Source: a virus (lineage: Duplodnaviria; Heunggongvirae; Uroviricota; Caudoviricetes). Taken from it: a stretch of DNA of 49,438 nucleotides. Location of the stretch: IMG/VR virus record IMGVR_UViG_2861048470_000005, one strand, 5' to 3'. The position numbers were made by a program, and so were the translations under genes. The notes under the pieces were generated by a model. The model made no database searches, had not been told where the DNA came from, and was given only the letters and a program-made list of their open reading frames with translations. Of this stretch, positions 1-8,694 are shown piece after piece (position 1 is the stretch's first letter; each line of letters starts with the position of its first letter).

Positions 1-1131
1 TCAAATGACCAGTTTTTTCCATTCCTTACCGCGTGCGTCGTTGTAAATATCGGTCATTTTTTGATTCGAATGGCCTAGCAAAATTTTGGTATCAACCCCC
101 TGCTCTCTTAACAATCGCTCTGATAAAGATCTCTGCTCATGGAAAGAGGGAGGGGTGCCATTAGCACGCCAGTTGTAATCCACAGAATCCCGGGCTTTTT
201 TAAATGCAACGGTTAATGTTGCTGGCTTAACCATCCCGCCGCGCTTAGCTGTCCCTTTCGCGTGATGGTGGTGCAATAGCCACGGACTAAGAACGCAATC
301 GCGGCAGGATGACACCACATCATCCAGGGTGAGATTTAATTTATCGCAACGCAGAGCCAGAGGGATGGCAATCCGGGTTCCTGTTTTTTGCTGTTCGACA
401 TGAAGATAACCATCCCGGATATCCGAAAATTGCATTTTGCAAATATCTGAAAGGCGCTGGCCTGTCATCAGTGCCAGCAGCATACCGCGCTGTAAAAAGT
501 AACCATCCTTTTCCGCTGCGTTATAAATCATCATCCACTCATCAAAAGTCAGTCGCTGTCTTGATATCCGCACCTGCGGTTTTTTTGCCGATTCTGCAGG
601 GTTAAAGCCTGGCGGGACATCGCCCGTTTGCTGAGCTTCCCGGAAAACATCGATCAGTACCTTCCTGAAAATTTGTCCCATTCTGTTATGTCCTCTGGCC
701 TTGTACTCTTCCAGTACTGATACCACATCTTTTACGGTTATGGCATCTAACGGTCTGGTGCCAAAACGTTCATCAAATACCCTGAGAGGGGCCGCTTTCT
801 GTTTCAGCGTGTTGAGTTTGATCTCGCCGTTTTCATATCTTTCCTGTTGAATTTTTCTGTAATTATTCAGAAAAATGGTAACGGTTGATGAACCGCCGGT
901 ATCACTAATAATTTTCTCCTGCAGACTGAGCATTTGTTCCATTTGCTGCCGGGCAAGACGGCTGTTCGCTTCTGCTGCAATAGTTTCTGCCAGTTTCTGG
1001 TCAATACTGCCGAGACCGTGATTTTTGCCTGTTATGGGATGCCTGTAACGCCAGTAAACTTTGTTATTTCTTTTGTCAAAATACGGAGATAATCCCGGAA
1101 CATTGGTTTTATATTTTCGCGGGCGCGCCAT
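1..1131 (-). CDS. int: Tyrosine-type site-specific integrase (lambda Int family)
   Basis: 376-aa minus-strand ORF at the prophage left edge. C-terminal region (...HEQRSLSERLL...LLGHS...DIYND) resembles the lambda Int catalytic domain as I recall it. Excisionase-like gene lies immediately upstream on the same strand. Confidence 0.9.
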   Translation of the reverse strand: MARPRKYKTNVPGLSPYFDKRNNKVYWRYRHPITGKNHGLGSIDQKLAETIAAEANSRLARQQMEQMLSLQEKIISDTGGSSTVTIFLNNYRKIQQERYENGEIKLNTLKQKAAPLRVFDERFGTRPLDAITVKDVVSVLEEYKARGHNRMGQIFRKVLIDVFREAQQTGDVPPGFNPAESAKKPQVRISRQRLTFDEWMMIYNAAEKDGYFLQRGMLLALMTGQRLSDICKMQFSDIRDGYLHVEQQKTGTRIAIPLALRCDKLNLTLDDVVSSCRDCVLSPWLLHHHHAKGTAKRGGMVKPATLTVAFKKARDSVDYNWRANGTPPSFHEQRSLSERLLREQGVDTKILLGHSNQKMTDIYNDARGKEWKKLVI

Positions 1132-1357
1132 CTTCCAGTATCCTCTTCAAAGCAGGGTGATCTGTGGCGATCACCTCCGGCTTGTTTACCATTCCGACAA
1201 AGCGAGCTTGCGGATCCACTCGCCAGCGTCTTCCAACTTTTTTGGGGAGAGGAAATATCATTCCGGCTTTAGCGTATTTACTTAACGTACTCGGAGTTGG
1301 GACCGGTTCACTGAATTCCTCTTTTGCCCACTCAGTGAGCAGAATAAGTCTTGCCAT
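1109..1357 (-). CDS. xis: Excisionase-like DNA-binding protein
   Basis: 82-aa ORF overlapping the int start by 23 nt. Small basic protein with the lambda-Xis-like pattern (...GMIFPLPKKVGRRWRV...) in the canonical position upstream of int. Confidence 0.6.
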   Translation of the reverse strand: MARLILLTEWAKEEFSEPVPTPSTLSKYAKAGMIFPLPKKVGRRWRVDPQARFVGMVNKPEVIATDHPALKRILEDGAPAKI

Positions 1358-1421
1358 GAGCGTCGTTCGCTAATCATGGTCGCCGCCACTATAGCTGGTG
1401 GGCAACGACCGGGGTTGAACA

Positions 1422-3893
1422 TTAAAAATCAGCCTGATTCGGGATCAGTTTTTGCCAGATAACTGAAACGTATTTTGCCTGGTAACGGGCGTCATCAAGT
1501 GCATTATGGCGCTCACCTTCGAATGGAATAGCCGTTCTGGCATCGAAGTCTATGGCTTTCCCCAGCTCAACGATTGTGCGTACATCGCGATCGTTGTAGT
1601 AACGCCACGGGCAGGGGATCCCCTGCCGTTCGTATGAACGGCGCAAAATCGTGTTGTCGAAGTTGGCTCCATTTCCCCAGACCTGAACAAAAAATTCACC
1701 GGAGTTTTCGTCGATAAATTCCCGCAATTGTAACAGTGCATCATCTAACGGGATTTCATCGGTCATAATGGCAGACTGCGCTTCACGTGATTGCTTCAGC
1801 CACCTTTTAATGACGTCACGATCAATGACTCCGCCAGCAGTTTCCAGATCGATAGTCTTACTAAATTCCGGTCCCATATCTCCGGTTTGCGGATCGAAAA
1901 ATATTGCACCTATTGAGATAATCGGGGCATCAGGATTTTTTCCCATGGTTTCAAGGTCGATCATTAGATGGTCACACGTCCTGCTGGTGGATGTGATAAC
2001 GTGATGACCGTTCATCGTAATTAAGGGATCTGCCGTCTCGCCAGTTTCACTATCGCTGGCGTGATCCTGAGCGCTACCAGCATTCTCCTTGTGTGGATGT
2101 TCAGCGCCTTCCATTTCCTTCGGATCATTTTCCTGAACTTCAACCTGATTCTCTTCATCGAATGTTTCCTGGTATGTTGCGTCACCCATCACCGCGCCAC
2201 AATCAGGGCAGTTGCCGCCACCGCTTTGACCGCAGGCGGTGCAGACTTTTTCCGGTTCCTGTTGCGCTACTGGCTCAGGTTGTTTCGTTTCTGGCTCGTT
2301 TTGTAACGCATTTGGGCTGTTTTGTTCCGCTTTCTGGCCGTTCTGTTCCGTTTCTTGTTGGTTCTGATTCACTGAATCGCGGGTTTCAATCCCCTTCACC
2401 CATTTCGGATCATTCGGGTCGCTAATCCCTGCAACAAATTCACCACGTGATACAGCAAGCAACTTATTGGCGTCAGGCTGGCTGATATTGGCTGCCTGCA
2501 TAATTTTGTTTACTTCGTCAGCGGTAACTTTTACCGGCTCTGGTTGTGCGATCGTGTCAGATGCACCAGTATTTTGTTGTGAACCTGAGTATGTACTGTT
2601 TTTGCGGGCGAAATATTCTTCTTTCGTGATTTCAGTAGCCCCGGCAGCCAGCGCCTTATCCAGACCAGAAAGTTTGTTTGCGCGACCGTATTTTTCGCCA
2701 TCCTTGTCGGTGAAGAGGAAGTAGAACGGCCCTTCACGCTCTACAGATGGTTCGACTTCCACTTTGCATTCGGTTTTTTCGTTGTCCGGAATTGCCGTTT
2801 CCACTGCATCAGTTTCTGGTACTGGCGACGAGAGAGTATCAGTTGCGCTCTGATTTCTTCCTTCATCTTCAAACACGCCCTTTGTAGTCAGGTATTCAGT
2901 AATGTATTTGTTCAGTGCCACAGGGTCTTTGTGAATGTCGATCGGACGTTCACGGACAAGGCCAAAAATAGTCTGGCGGTCGTAGCGAAGGGCATCAGGC
3001 TGTTTGCGCATTGATGCCGAGATACGCTTCCAGTCTTCGCGGTCGTTGTCGATAACTTCATTTTTTGCCCAGCGATGGATGCTGCCGTCAATGTTTCCGG
3101 CATCCACATCACCAGGCCAGAGAGCGTAGGCCAGTTCGTCATCCAGTGTTTTCCATGTCTGCTTGTATTCGCGATGAATGGCAGCAATGACCGGGCTGAT
3201 TTTTCCTGTTGAATTTTCACTGTGCTGTTGATTGGTTCTGGCGCAGGCGAGATCAACAACAGACGTGTATTTTCCGGTTTCCTTGCGTTCACCTTCGCGA
3301 CGTTTTTTCCAGATGCGCATCTCTGCCTGAATTTCGGGCCATTTGGCACCAGGCTTACATTTATGCTTAACCCACCCGATGGCATGCAGCTTAAGCTCCG
3401 GATACATGGCGTTAACTTCTGGCATTTTCATCAACGCTTCAACGATATGTCCGTCGAATGTTGCCATGTCTTCCTGCAACAATTCCTGTGCGCTAATAAC
3501 CATATCAACGGTGATGTTTTCACATGTGTCGAACTTAACCATGACAGCGTTCTGTACTTCAGGGGACAGCTTGTCAAAATTGACGTTCATCGGATCGGAT
3601 TCTGGTTCGACTGGAATAAAGGAAGCGGATTCCTCATCCCAGCGGTTTTCCTGCATATATTCAGCATCCCAGGAATCGAGGGCAGGGCGGGGTATACCGG
3701 GTTTATCCTCGCAGACAAGAAATTTATAAGCGCAGTCCTGAGCAGCCGGATAATGTTCCAGGAATTGCCAGTGAAATTTTGCGCGGGCGCGACGTTCATC
3801 ACCGGCTTCAATGGCAGTGGCTACAGCGACGGCACCTTCTTCCTTTATTGCCTGTTCGTCCGGAATGGCGGCGCAAATAAAGACTTTACTCAT
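1422..3893 (-). CDS. Prophage exonuclease with C-terminal DEDDh (DnaQ-like) 3'-5' exonuclease domain; same family as proteins often annotated exodeoxyribonuclease VIII in enterobacterial prophages
   Basis: 823-aa ORF. C-terminus carries the Exo I motif DLETMG and Exo III motif HNALDDA. Central region has a Cys cluster (CTACG...CPDCG) and an acidic, Q/E-rich low-complexity linker. GAGG ribosome-binding site upstream of the start. Confidence 0.7.
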   Translation of the reverse strand: MSKVFICAAIPDEQAIKEEGAVAVATAIEAGDERRARAKFHWQFLEHYPAAQDCAYKFLVCEDKPGIPRPALDSWDAEYMQENRWDEESASFIPVEPESDPMNVNFDKLSPEVQNAVMVKFDTCENITVDMVISAQELLQEDMATFDGHIVEALMKMPEVNAMYPELKLHAIGWVKHKCKPGAKWPEIQAEMRIWKKRREGERKETGKYTSVVDLACARTNQQHSENSTGKISPVIAAIHREYKQTWKTLDDELAYALWPGDVDAGNIDGSIHRWAKNEVIDNDREDWKRISASMRKQPDALRYDRQTIFGLVRERPIDIHKDPVALNKYITEYLTTKGVFEDEGRNQSATDTLSSPVPETDAVETAIPDNEKTECKVEVEPSVEREGPFYFLFTDKDGEKYGRANKLSGLDKALAAGATEITKEEYFARKNSTYSGSQQNTGASDTIAQPEPVKVTADEVNKIMQAANISQPDANKLLAVSRGEFVAGISDPNDPKWVKGIETRDSVNQNQQETEQNGQKAEQNSPNALQNEPETKQPEPVAQQEPEKVCTACGQSGGGNCPDCGAVMGDATYQETFDEENQVEVQENDPKEMEGAEHPHKENAGSAQDHASDSETGETADPLITMNGHHVITSTSRTCDHLMIDLETMGKNPDAPIISIGAIFFDPQTGDMGPEFSKTIDLETAGGVIDRDVIKRWLKQSREAQSAIMTDEIPLDDALLQLREFIDENSGEFFVQVWGNGANFDNTILRRSYERQGIPCPWRYYNDRDVRTIVELGKAIDFDARTAIPFEGERHNALDDARYQAKYVSVIWQKLIPNQADF

Positions 3894-3988
3894 TTTGTTT
3901 TAACCTCATTACAGATTTCAGGGTGAACGAATCCCTGCCATTGCTGGCATTTTTAATCCGTTGGTATGGCGTTAATATGGCTGGCGGG

Positions 3989-4177
3989 TTATCCAGCCGG
4001 TATTTCGTTATTCAGGTTCAGCGATACTTTTTTTAACGGGAGGCATTCACCGGGGATTTTTTGTTCGTCCCTTACCTGAATGCAGGATGACTTACTGTCA
4101 TAAATTCCGGTAATCACATTTTGTGGCTCACCCGTTATAAGAAAAACGGTCATCACCAGTGCAAATGCTGAAGTCAC
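3989..4177 (-). CDS. Hypothetical small protein with N-terminal hydrophobic segment
   Basis: 62-aa ORF in an AT-rich stretch; N-terminus (MTSAFALVMTVFLITG) looks like a signal peptide or TM helix. No homolog recognised; the strand assignment is uncertain because plus-strand ORFs overlap. Confidence 0.2.
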   Translation of the reverse strand: MTSAFALVMTVFLITGEPQNVITGIYDSKSSCIQVRDEQKIPGECLPLKKVSLNLNNEIPAG

Positions 4178-4467
4178 TGCTGTTCTCCGATAATACCAAG
4201 TTCAAGAAGGGCAATTCTGGAAAGTATGGAATTATCATTGAGAAGATAAGGTTCATATTTTCTCATCTTAATGGCATCTTCCGTAAACTCCCGGTTACTG
4301 AGCAGAACACCAATATCAAAACAACCTTCAGACGTATTAACGTTTGGTAATAACGTTTCCATTATCGCGTCCTCAACAATGAATTTTGTGATGCGGTGCC
4401 TGGTGCCTCCAGGTGACGTTAACCAGTTAACAATTAACGCCGGATACAGAGAATCCACCCATAACAC
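4174..4467 (-). CDS. Hypothetical protein
   Basis: 97-aa ORF abutting the previous one in AT-rich DNA; not recognised. Confidence 0.2.
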   Translation of the reverse strand: MLWVDSLYPALIVNWLTSPGGTRHRITKFIVEDAIMETLLPNVNTSEGCFDIGVLLSNREFTEDAIKMRKYEPYLLNDNSILSRIALLELGIIGEQQ

Positions 4468-4927
4468 TGTTTTTGGTTTTAACTGTTCCGCGTGCGCTCA
4501 GCCGCATTCACCACATCACAAAATTCACTTTAAAAAGGGCGGCAGAGCAGTCACGGAGTAAAACTGATACCGCCAAACGTCACCAGAAAATTGATAACAG
4601 AGGGCGTTGCAGCGGAGTTGTCACTTAAGCGTATGGTCAACCTGACAACCCGGTGTCCTCAACGGAGGAAGGAATAACCCCGCCATACTTACCGCCGCGC
4701 CATTTCGCGGAGTGCCACAACCGGAAGCGCACGGTCGAACTAAATTTAACGACACCGTACAGAGAGACCAATTTCGCCGTGCGCTTTCGCTTTATGCCCT
4801 GACTTTTCAGGGACATATCCTTTCAGTAAACTGTCAGTGCCGGATGTTCACCCGTGTCCGGCGCACGCACTCCACCTGACCCGTGGAGAACTCCTTAATT
4901 ACCAACCTTAGCTTCGTTGGTTAGCTA

Positions 4928-5146
4928 TTAACGCGGGTATGTAACCATTCTGGCAATGCTTAATGCCGCTGCTTTTTCCAGCCTGGTGATATCCTGCTCC
5001 AGAGCGGACAGATTTTCAGCCTGCTTAGTCCTGGCTTCATTGGCCCATTTCAGATCCTGCACTGCATTAATTTTCTGGCGCATCCACTCATAAAGTTCAT
5101 CATCGGTATAGTCTGGCGCGATGATGACGGGTTCTCGTTTCTGCAT
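4928..5146 (-). CDS. Hypothetical early-left protein (Kil-like by size and position only)
   Basis: 72-aa ORF with a predicted helical, charged sequence, in the early-left operon between the repressor and the exonuclease. No homology verified. Confidence 0.35.
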   Translation of the reverse strand: MQKREPVIIAPDYTDDELYEWMRQKINAVQDLKWANEARTKQAENLSALEQDITRLEKAAALSIARMVTYPR

Positions 5147-5175
5147 ACTGATTCCTCGCGGTGCTGTTTCGCTTA

Positions 5176-5304
5176 TCAGCCGTTAGATTTTGCCGAACTG
5201 GAAAGCGCCTGTTTAAACTCACTGAAGCTGAGAGCTTCTTCGTCTTCGGCAAGGCCTTCGAAGTATTCTTCGTAAGCCTTTTCCATGATTGTGTCGAAAT
5301 CCAT
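5176..5304 (-). CDS. Small acidic protein (42 aa), not in the supplied ORF track
   Basis: My own translation of the minus strand: MDFDTIMEKAYEEYFEGLAEDEEALSFSEFKQALSSSAKSNG. The start codon lies 1 nt after the upstream gene's stop (TGA-T-ATG), suggesting operon coupling. Confidence 0.25.
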   Translation of the reverse strand: MDFDTIMEKAYEEYFEGLAEDEEALSFSEFKQALSSSAKSNG

Positions 5305-5305
5305 A

Positions 5306-5542
5306 TCACTCACCTGAGTTTCTTTCCAGCCAGCGACGGGCACCATTTTCGGTTTTAAACGTTTTGCTTTTGGTATACGTCATTGCGGTGAACGTGCCGT
5401 CCTGGTTGGGGAACACGCCACATACCAGAGATTCGCTGTTGCCAAGATCGATAGTATCCATGCTGACCTCATTTCCCCTTAACGCCGGGGTAGCGGAACA
5501 AAAACCTGCTGCATAGTTATTAAAGTTGAACCCTGCCGTCAT
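5306..5542 (-). CDS. Hypothetical early-left protein
   Basis: 78-aa ORF, first gene leftward of the repressor; may start at an internal Met (MDTIDLG...). No homolog recognised. Confidence 0.3.
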   Translation of the reverse strand: MTAGFNFNNYAAGFCSATPALRGNEVSMDTIDLGNSESLVCGVFPNQDGTFTAMTYTKSKTFKTENGARRWLERNSGE

Positions 5543-5642
5543 GTTCTTACGCCTCGGGCTGGCTACTTAACCCCTGACCACTGCCTGGTAACTCGAAGTA
5601 TTGCCCTGCATTCTGTGGGGCGGGGTGGGTGGCAGGTATATA

Positions 5643-5684
5643 ATGTACTTTGCGTTCATTGTTGTAAAGTACTTTTAGTACATT
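5643..5684. promoter_or_regulatory. Candidate left operator/promoter region (OL-like)
   Basis: ATGTACT (5643-5649) and its inverse AGTACAT (5678-5684) flank a perfect palindrome AAAGTACTTT (5665-5674). The same ATGTACT motif recurs in the repressor/cro intergenic region. Confidence 0.3.
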
Positions 5685-5758
5685 CTGTGTGTAAAAAAAT
5701 GAGATGGGATAAAGTGAAGCACAAACCCGGAGGAAGGCGCTACCGGATTTATGCTGGT

Positions 5759-6178
5759 TTAAGAGGCTTTTTGTTTTTTCTTTCGTGCTAACTCTTCGTA
5801 AATTGCATTGTACTTCTGTTTTTTCTCTTCAAGAGTTTTTAAAAGTTCATCTGTCTCACTGTCAGGGAGCTCGTCCAGAAGGTCAATGATGATTTTTTGT
5901 CTTGGATTTAACTCCTGATAGAAACGTACCTGTCCACTTTCTTCTGTATCCTCTCCCAAAAGATAGGTTGGTGTTGTTCCTATTAGTGTTGCTAATTCCC
6001 TTAATTTCTCCCGGCGAGGAATTGTTTCGCCATTAAACCATTTGCTAACCGCTTTTGGTGTTAATTTCATTCGACGGGCAATTTCTGCCTGCCTTCCATG
6101 TTGTTCATAACCAGCGTTTTCACAGGCTAGCGCAAGCCTACTGGCGAACTCTTTACGCGCTTTATCTTCATGAACCAT
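5759..6178 (-). CDS. XRE-family helix-turn-helix prophage repressor (RacR/CI-like)
   Basis: 139-aa ORF with an N-terminal HTH (...QAEIARRMKLTPKAVSKWFNGETIPR...), divergently oriented to a Cro-like gene and flanked on both sides by GTAC-cored repeats. Confidence 0.8.
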   Translation of the reverse strand: MVHEDKARKEFASRLALACENAGYEQHGRQAEIARRMKLTPKAVSKWFNGETIPRREKLRELATLIGTTPTYLLGEDTEESGQVRFYQELNPRQKIIIDLLDELPDSETDELLKTLEEKKQKYNAIYEELARKKKQKAS

Positions 6179-6202
6179 AAGTTCAATGATATTCGCTCTT
6201 GA

Positions 6203-6233
6203 ATGTACTGTCAGTTCTGTTATAGCATGTACT
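6203..6233. promoter_or_regulatory. Candidate right operator/divergent promoter region (OR-like)
   Basis: The 79-bp intergenic region between the divergent repressor and Cro-like genes contains ATGTACT twice (6203-6209 and 6227-6233). Confidence 0.35.
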
Positions 6234-6257
6234 CAAAGTTCACATTGTGAGGGTGAT

Positions 6258-6512
6258 ATGAACCAGAAAACACTTGAAGATGTAATCAAAACTGTTCGCG
6301 TTGCTGTTGTGGCCGACGTTTGTGGTGTCAGCCAAAGAGCAATCTATAAATGGATGGATAACGGAAAATTGCCTCGCACAGAATATACCGGCGAAACAAA
6401 TTACGCTGAAAAAATCGCTCTTGCATCAAACGGATTATTTTCTGCCGATGCAATTTTAACTATTGGCAGGAATAAAACTACTACGAAAAAGCTGATGGGA
6501 GTTGATTCATGA
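6258..6512 (+). CDS. Cro-like / YdaS-family HTH regulator
   Basis: Start chosen at internal Met (MNQKTLEDVIKTV...) preceded by GAGGGTGA. Small HTH protein (VCGVSQRAIYKWMDNGKLP) divergent from the repressor, as in the Rac racR-ydaS-ydaT arrangement. Confidence 0.65.
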   Translation: MNQKTLEDVIKTVRVAVVADVCGVSQRAIYKWMDNGKLPRTEYTGETNYAEKIALASNGLFSADAILTIGRNKTTTKKLMGVDS

Positions 6513-6934
6513 AAATCAAGCATGAACACATCCGCATGGCGATGAATGCCTGGGCGCATCCGGACGGCGAAAAAGTACCGGCTGCGAAAATTACCAAAGC
6601 GTATTTCGAGCTGGGAATGACGTTCCCGGAACTGTATGACGACAGCCATCCGGAAGCCCTGGCCCGTAATACCCAGAAAATTTTCCGTTGGCTGGATAAA
6701 GACACCCCTGATGCTGTTGAAAAAATGCAGGCTCTGTTACCGGCGATCGAAAAGGCGATGCCGCCTTTGCTGGTGGCCCGTATGCGCAGCCACAGTTCTG
6801 AATATTACCGTGAGATCGTCGAACGGAGGGATCGGCTGGTGAAGGATGTCGATGATTTTGTTGCGTCAGCGGTTGTTTTGTATGACCAGATGAATCGCGG
6901 CGGCCCGGCAGGGAATGCTGTGGTGATGCACTAA
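6509..6934 (+). CDS. YdaT-family protein (CII-position regulator, sometimes called a toxin)
   Basis: 141-aa ORF overlapping the upstream stop by ATGA. Size and position match Rac YdaT; family assignment is from recall. Confidence 0.6.
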   Translation: MKIKHEHIRMAMNAWAHPDGEKVPAAKITKAYFELGMTFPELYDDSHPEALARNTQKIFRWLDKDTPDAVEKMQALLPAIEKAMPPLLVARMRSHSSEYYREIVERRDRLVKDVDDFVASAVVLYDQMNRGGPAGNAVVMH

Positions 6935-6941
6935 AAGCACG

Positions 6942-7919
6942 GTGTTCGGGGGTTTTATGAGCAGCAAGCTTCATGGTCTTGTCTGGGAAGGGTGCGCCTT
7001 CACCGGCATGATCTTATCCAGGGTGGCGGTTATGGCCCGTCTTGCAGACTACAGCAATGACGAGGGCGTGTCATGGCCTGCCATTGAAACTATCCGGCGT
7101 CAGATCGGTGCAAGAAGTGAATCCACAGTGAAATCGGCTATTGCAGAACTGGCGAAAGAGGGCTGGCTGACGAAGGAAGAGCGTAAGGTCGGTGGGCGTA
7201 ATGTAAGCAATATCTATCGGCTTAATGTGGAAAAACTCGAAGCAGCTGCGGCGGCGGCGCGTGAGTCATATAAACCGAAAAGAAAAATTAGCCCGGCAAA
7301 AAATGACCCGTTAACAGTTGACCCGTCAAATATTGACCCCTCAACGGTTGACCCGTCAAATTTTGATGGATCAACCGTTGATAAAAAACTGCCGATTAGG
7401 GGGGCGATGATTGACCCCGATCCGTCAGTATTAAAACCTGATCCGTCAGATAAAAGATCTTCTTGTCCGGACGCTTCGCAACCGGACCCGCAGACGGCTG
7501 AACAGGATTTTTTAACCCGACACCCTGACGCGGTTGTGTTCAGTGCGATAAAACGCCAGTGGGGAAGTCAGGAAGATTTGGTGTGCGCACAGTGGATCTG
7601 GGGACGAATCGTGAGTCTTTACGAGCAGGCGGCCAGCTATGATGGCGAGATCACTAGACCGAAAGAACCCAACTGGACAGCATGGGCCAATGACGTTCGC
7701 ACAATGCGGATGCTGGATGGCAGAACTCACAGACAAATTTGTGAAATGTTTGGGCGTCTCCAGCGGGATTCGTTCTGGGTAAAAAACATCATGAGTCCGG
7801 CAAAACTCCGGGAAAAATGGGATGAACTGGTTATCCGCCTGGGGCGTTTGCCTGCGCAGCGTTGCGTGAATCACATTTCTGAACCGGACACTGAAATACC
7901 GCCGGGATTCAGGGGGTGA
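6942..7919 (+). CDS. Replication initiator protein (lambda O-like / YdaU-like)
   Basis: 325-aa ORF with an N-terminal winged-helix region, followed by a DnaC-like gene. Tandem DNA iterons lie inside the linker region (encoding ...TVDPSNIDPSTVDPSNFDGSTVD...), as ori-lambda lies within O. Confidence 0.7.
   Translation: MFGGFMSSKLHGLVWEGCAFTGMILSRVAVMARLADYSNDEGVSWPAIETIRRQIGARSESTVKSAIAELAKEGWLTKEERKVGGRNVSNIYRLNVEKLEAAAAAARESYKPKRKISPAKNDPLTVDPSNIDPSTVDPSNFDGSTVDKKLPIRGAMIDPDPSVLKPDPSDKRSSCPDASQPDPQTAEQDFLTRHPDAVVFSAIKRQWGSQEDLVCAQWIWGRIVSLYEQAASYDGEITRPKEPNWTAWANDVRTMRMLDGRTHRQICEMFGRLQRDSFWVKNIMSPAKLREKWDELVIRLGRLPAQRCVNHISEPDTEIPPGFRG
7303..7392. repeat. Tandem ~15-bp iterons (candidate phage replication origin) inside the initiator gene
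   Basis: Five to six tandem 15-bp units with core TTGACCCGTCAA (aTGACCCGTTAACAG, TTGACCCGTCAAATA, TTGACCCCTCAACGG, TTGACCCGTCAAATT, TTGATGGATCAACCG, TTGATAAAAAACTGC), each with internal dyad symmetry TTGA...TCAA, followed by an A-rich stretch. Confidence 0.55.
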
Positions 7920-7925
7920 CGTGTC

Positions 7926-8672
7926 ATGAAAAACATTGCGGCAGGCGGCGTTCTTGAACGTATCCGAAGACTGGCTCCGCCACATGTAACCGCCCCATTC
8001 AGAACGGTAGCGAAGTGGCACGAGTGGCAACTTGCTGAAGGCCAGAAACGTAGCGAGGAGATCAACCGCCTGAATCGCCAGTTGCGGGTGGAAAAAATTC
8101 TGAATCGCTCAGGCATCCAGCCGTTGCACCGTAAATGCTCGTTTGCGAATTACCAGGTGCAGAACGACGGTCAGCGATACGCGTTGAGCCAGGCGAAATC
8201 TATCGCTGATGAACTGATGACCGGATGCACAAATTTCGCGTTTAGCGGAAAACCTGGTACCGGGAAGAACCACTTAGCAGCAGCTATCGGGAATCGCCTG
8301 CTGAAAGACGGTCAGACAGTGATTGTGGTTACCGTGGCTGATGTTATGAGTGCCCTCCCCGCCAGCTATGACGATGGGCAGTCAGGCGAAAAATTTTTGC
8401 GGGAACTGTGCGAAGTGGATCTGCTGGTTCTTGATGAAATTGGCATTCAGCGCGAGACGAAAAACGAGCAGGTGGTACTGCACCAGATTGTTGATCGCCG
8501 GACAGCGTCGATGCGCAGCGTGGGGATGCTGACAAACCTGAACTATGAGGCCATGAAAACATTGCTCGGCGAGCGGATTATGGATCGCATGACCATGAAC
8601 GGCGGGCTATGGGTGAATTTTAACTGGGAGAGCTGGCGTCCGAATGTCGTCCAGCCAGGAATTGCGAAGTAA
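7926..8672 (+). CDS. DnaC-like replicative helicase loader (IstB-like AAA+ ATPase)
   Basis: 248-aa ORF with Walker [11 protein letters not shown] and Walker B LLVLDEIG, immediately downstream of the initiator gene. Confidence 0.85.
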   Translation: MKNIAAGGVLERIRRLAPPHVTAPFRTVAKWHEWQLAEGQKRSEEINRLNRQLRVEKILNRSGIQPLHRKCSFANYQVQNDGQRYALSQAKSIADELMTGCTNFAFSGKPGTGKNHLAAAIGNRLLKDGQTVIVVTVADVMSALPASYDDGQSGEKFLRELCEVDLLVLDEIGIQRETKNEQVVLHQIVDRRTASMRSVGMLTNLNYEAMKTLLGERIMDRMTMNGGLWVNFNWESWRPNVVQPGIAK

Positions 8673-8694
8673 TTTTTACCGGGAGAAAAATTTA

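Noticed and set aside
6401-6974. Minus-strand ORFs (82, 74 and 127 aa) overlapping the Cro-like and YdaT-like genes
   Set aside because: Arg/Pro/Ser-rich antisense frames within well-supported plus-strand genes in an operon arrangement; no independent support.
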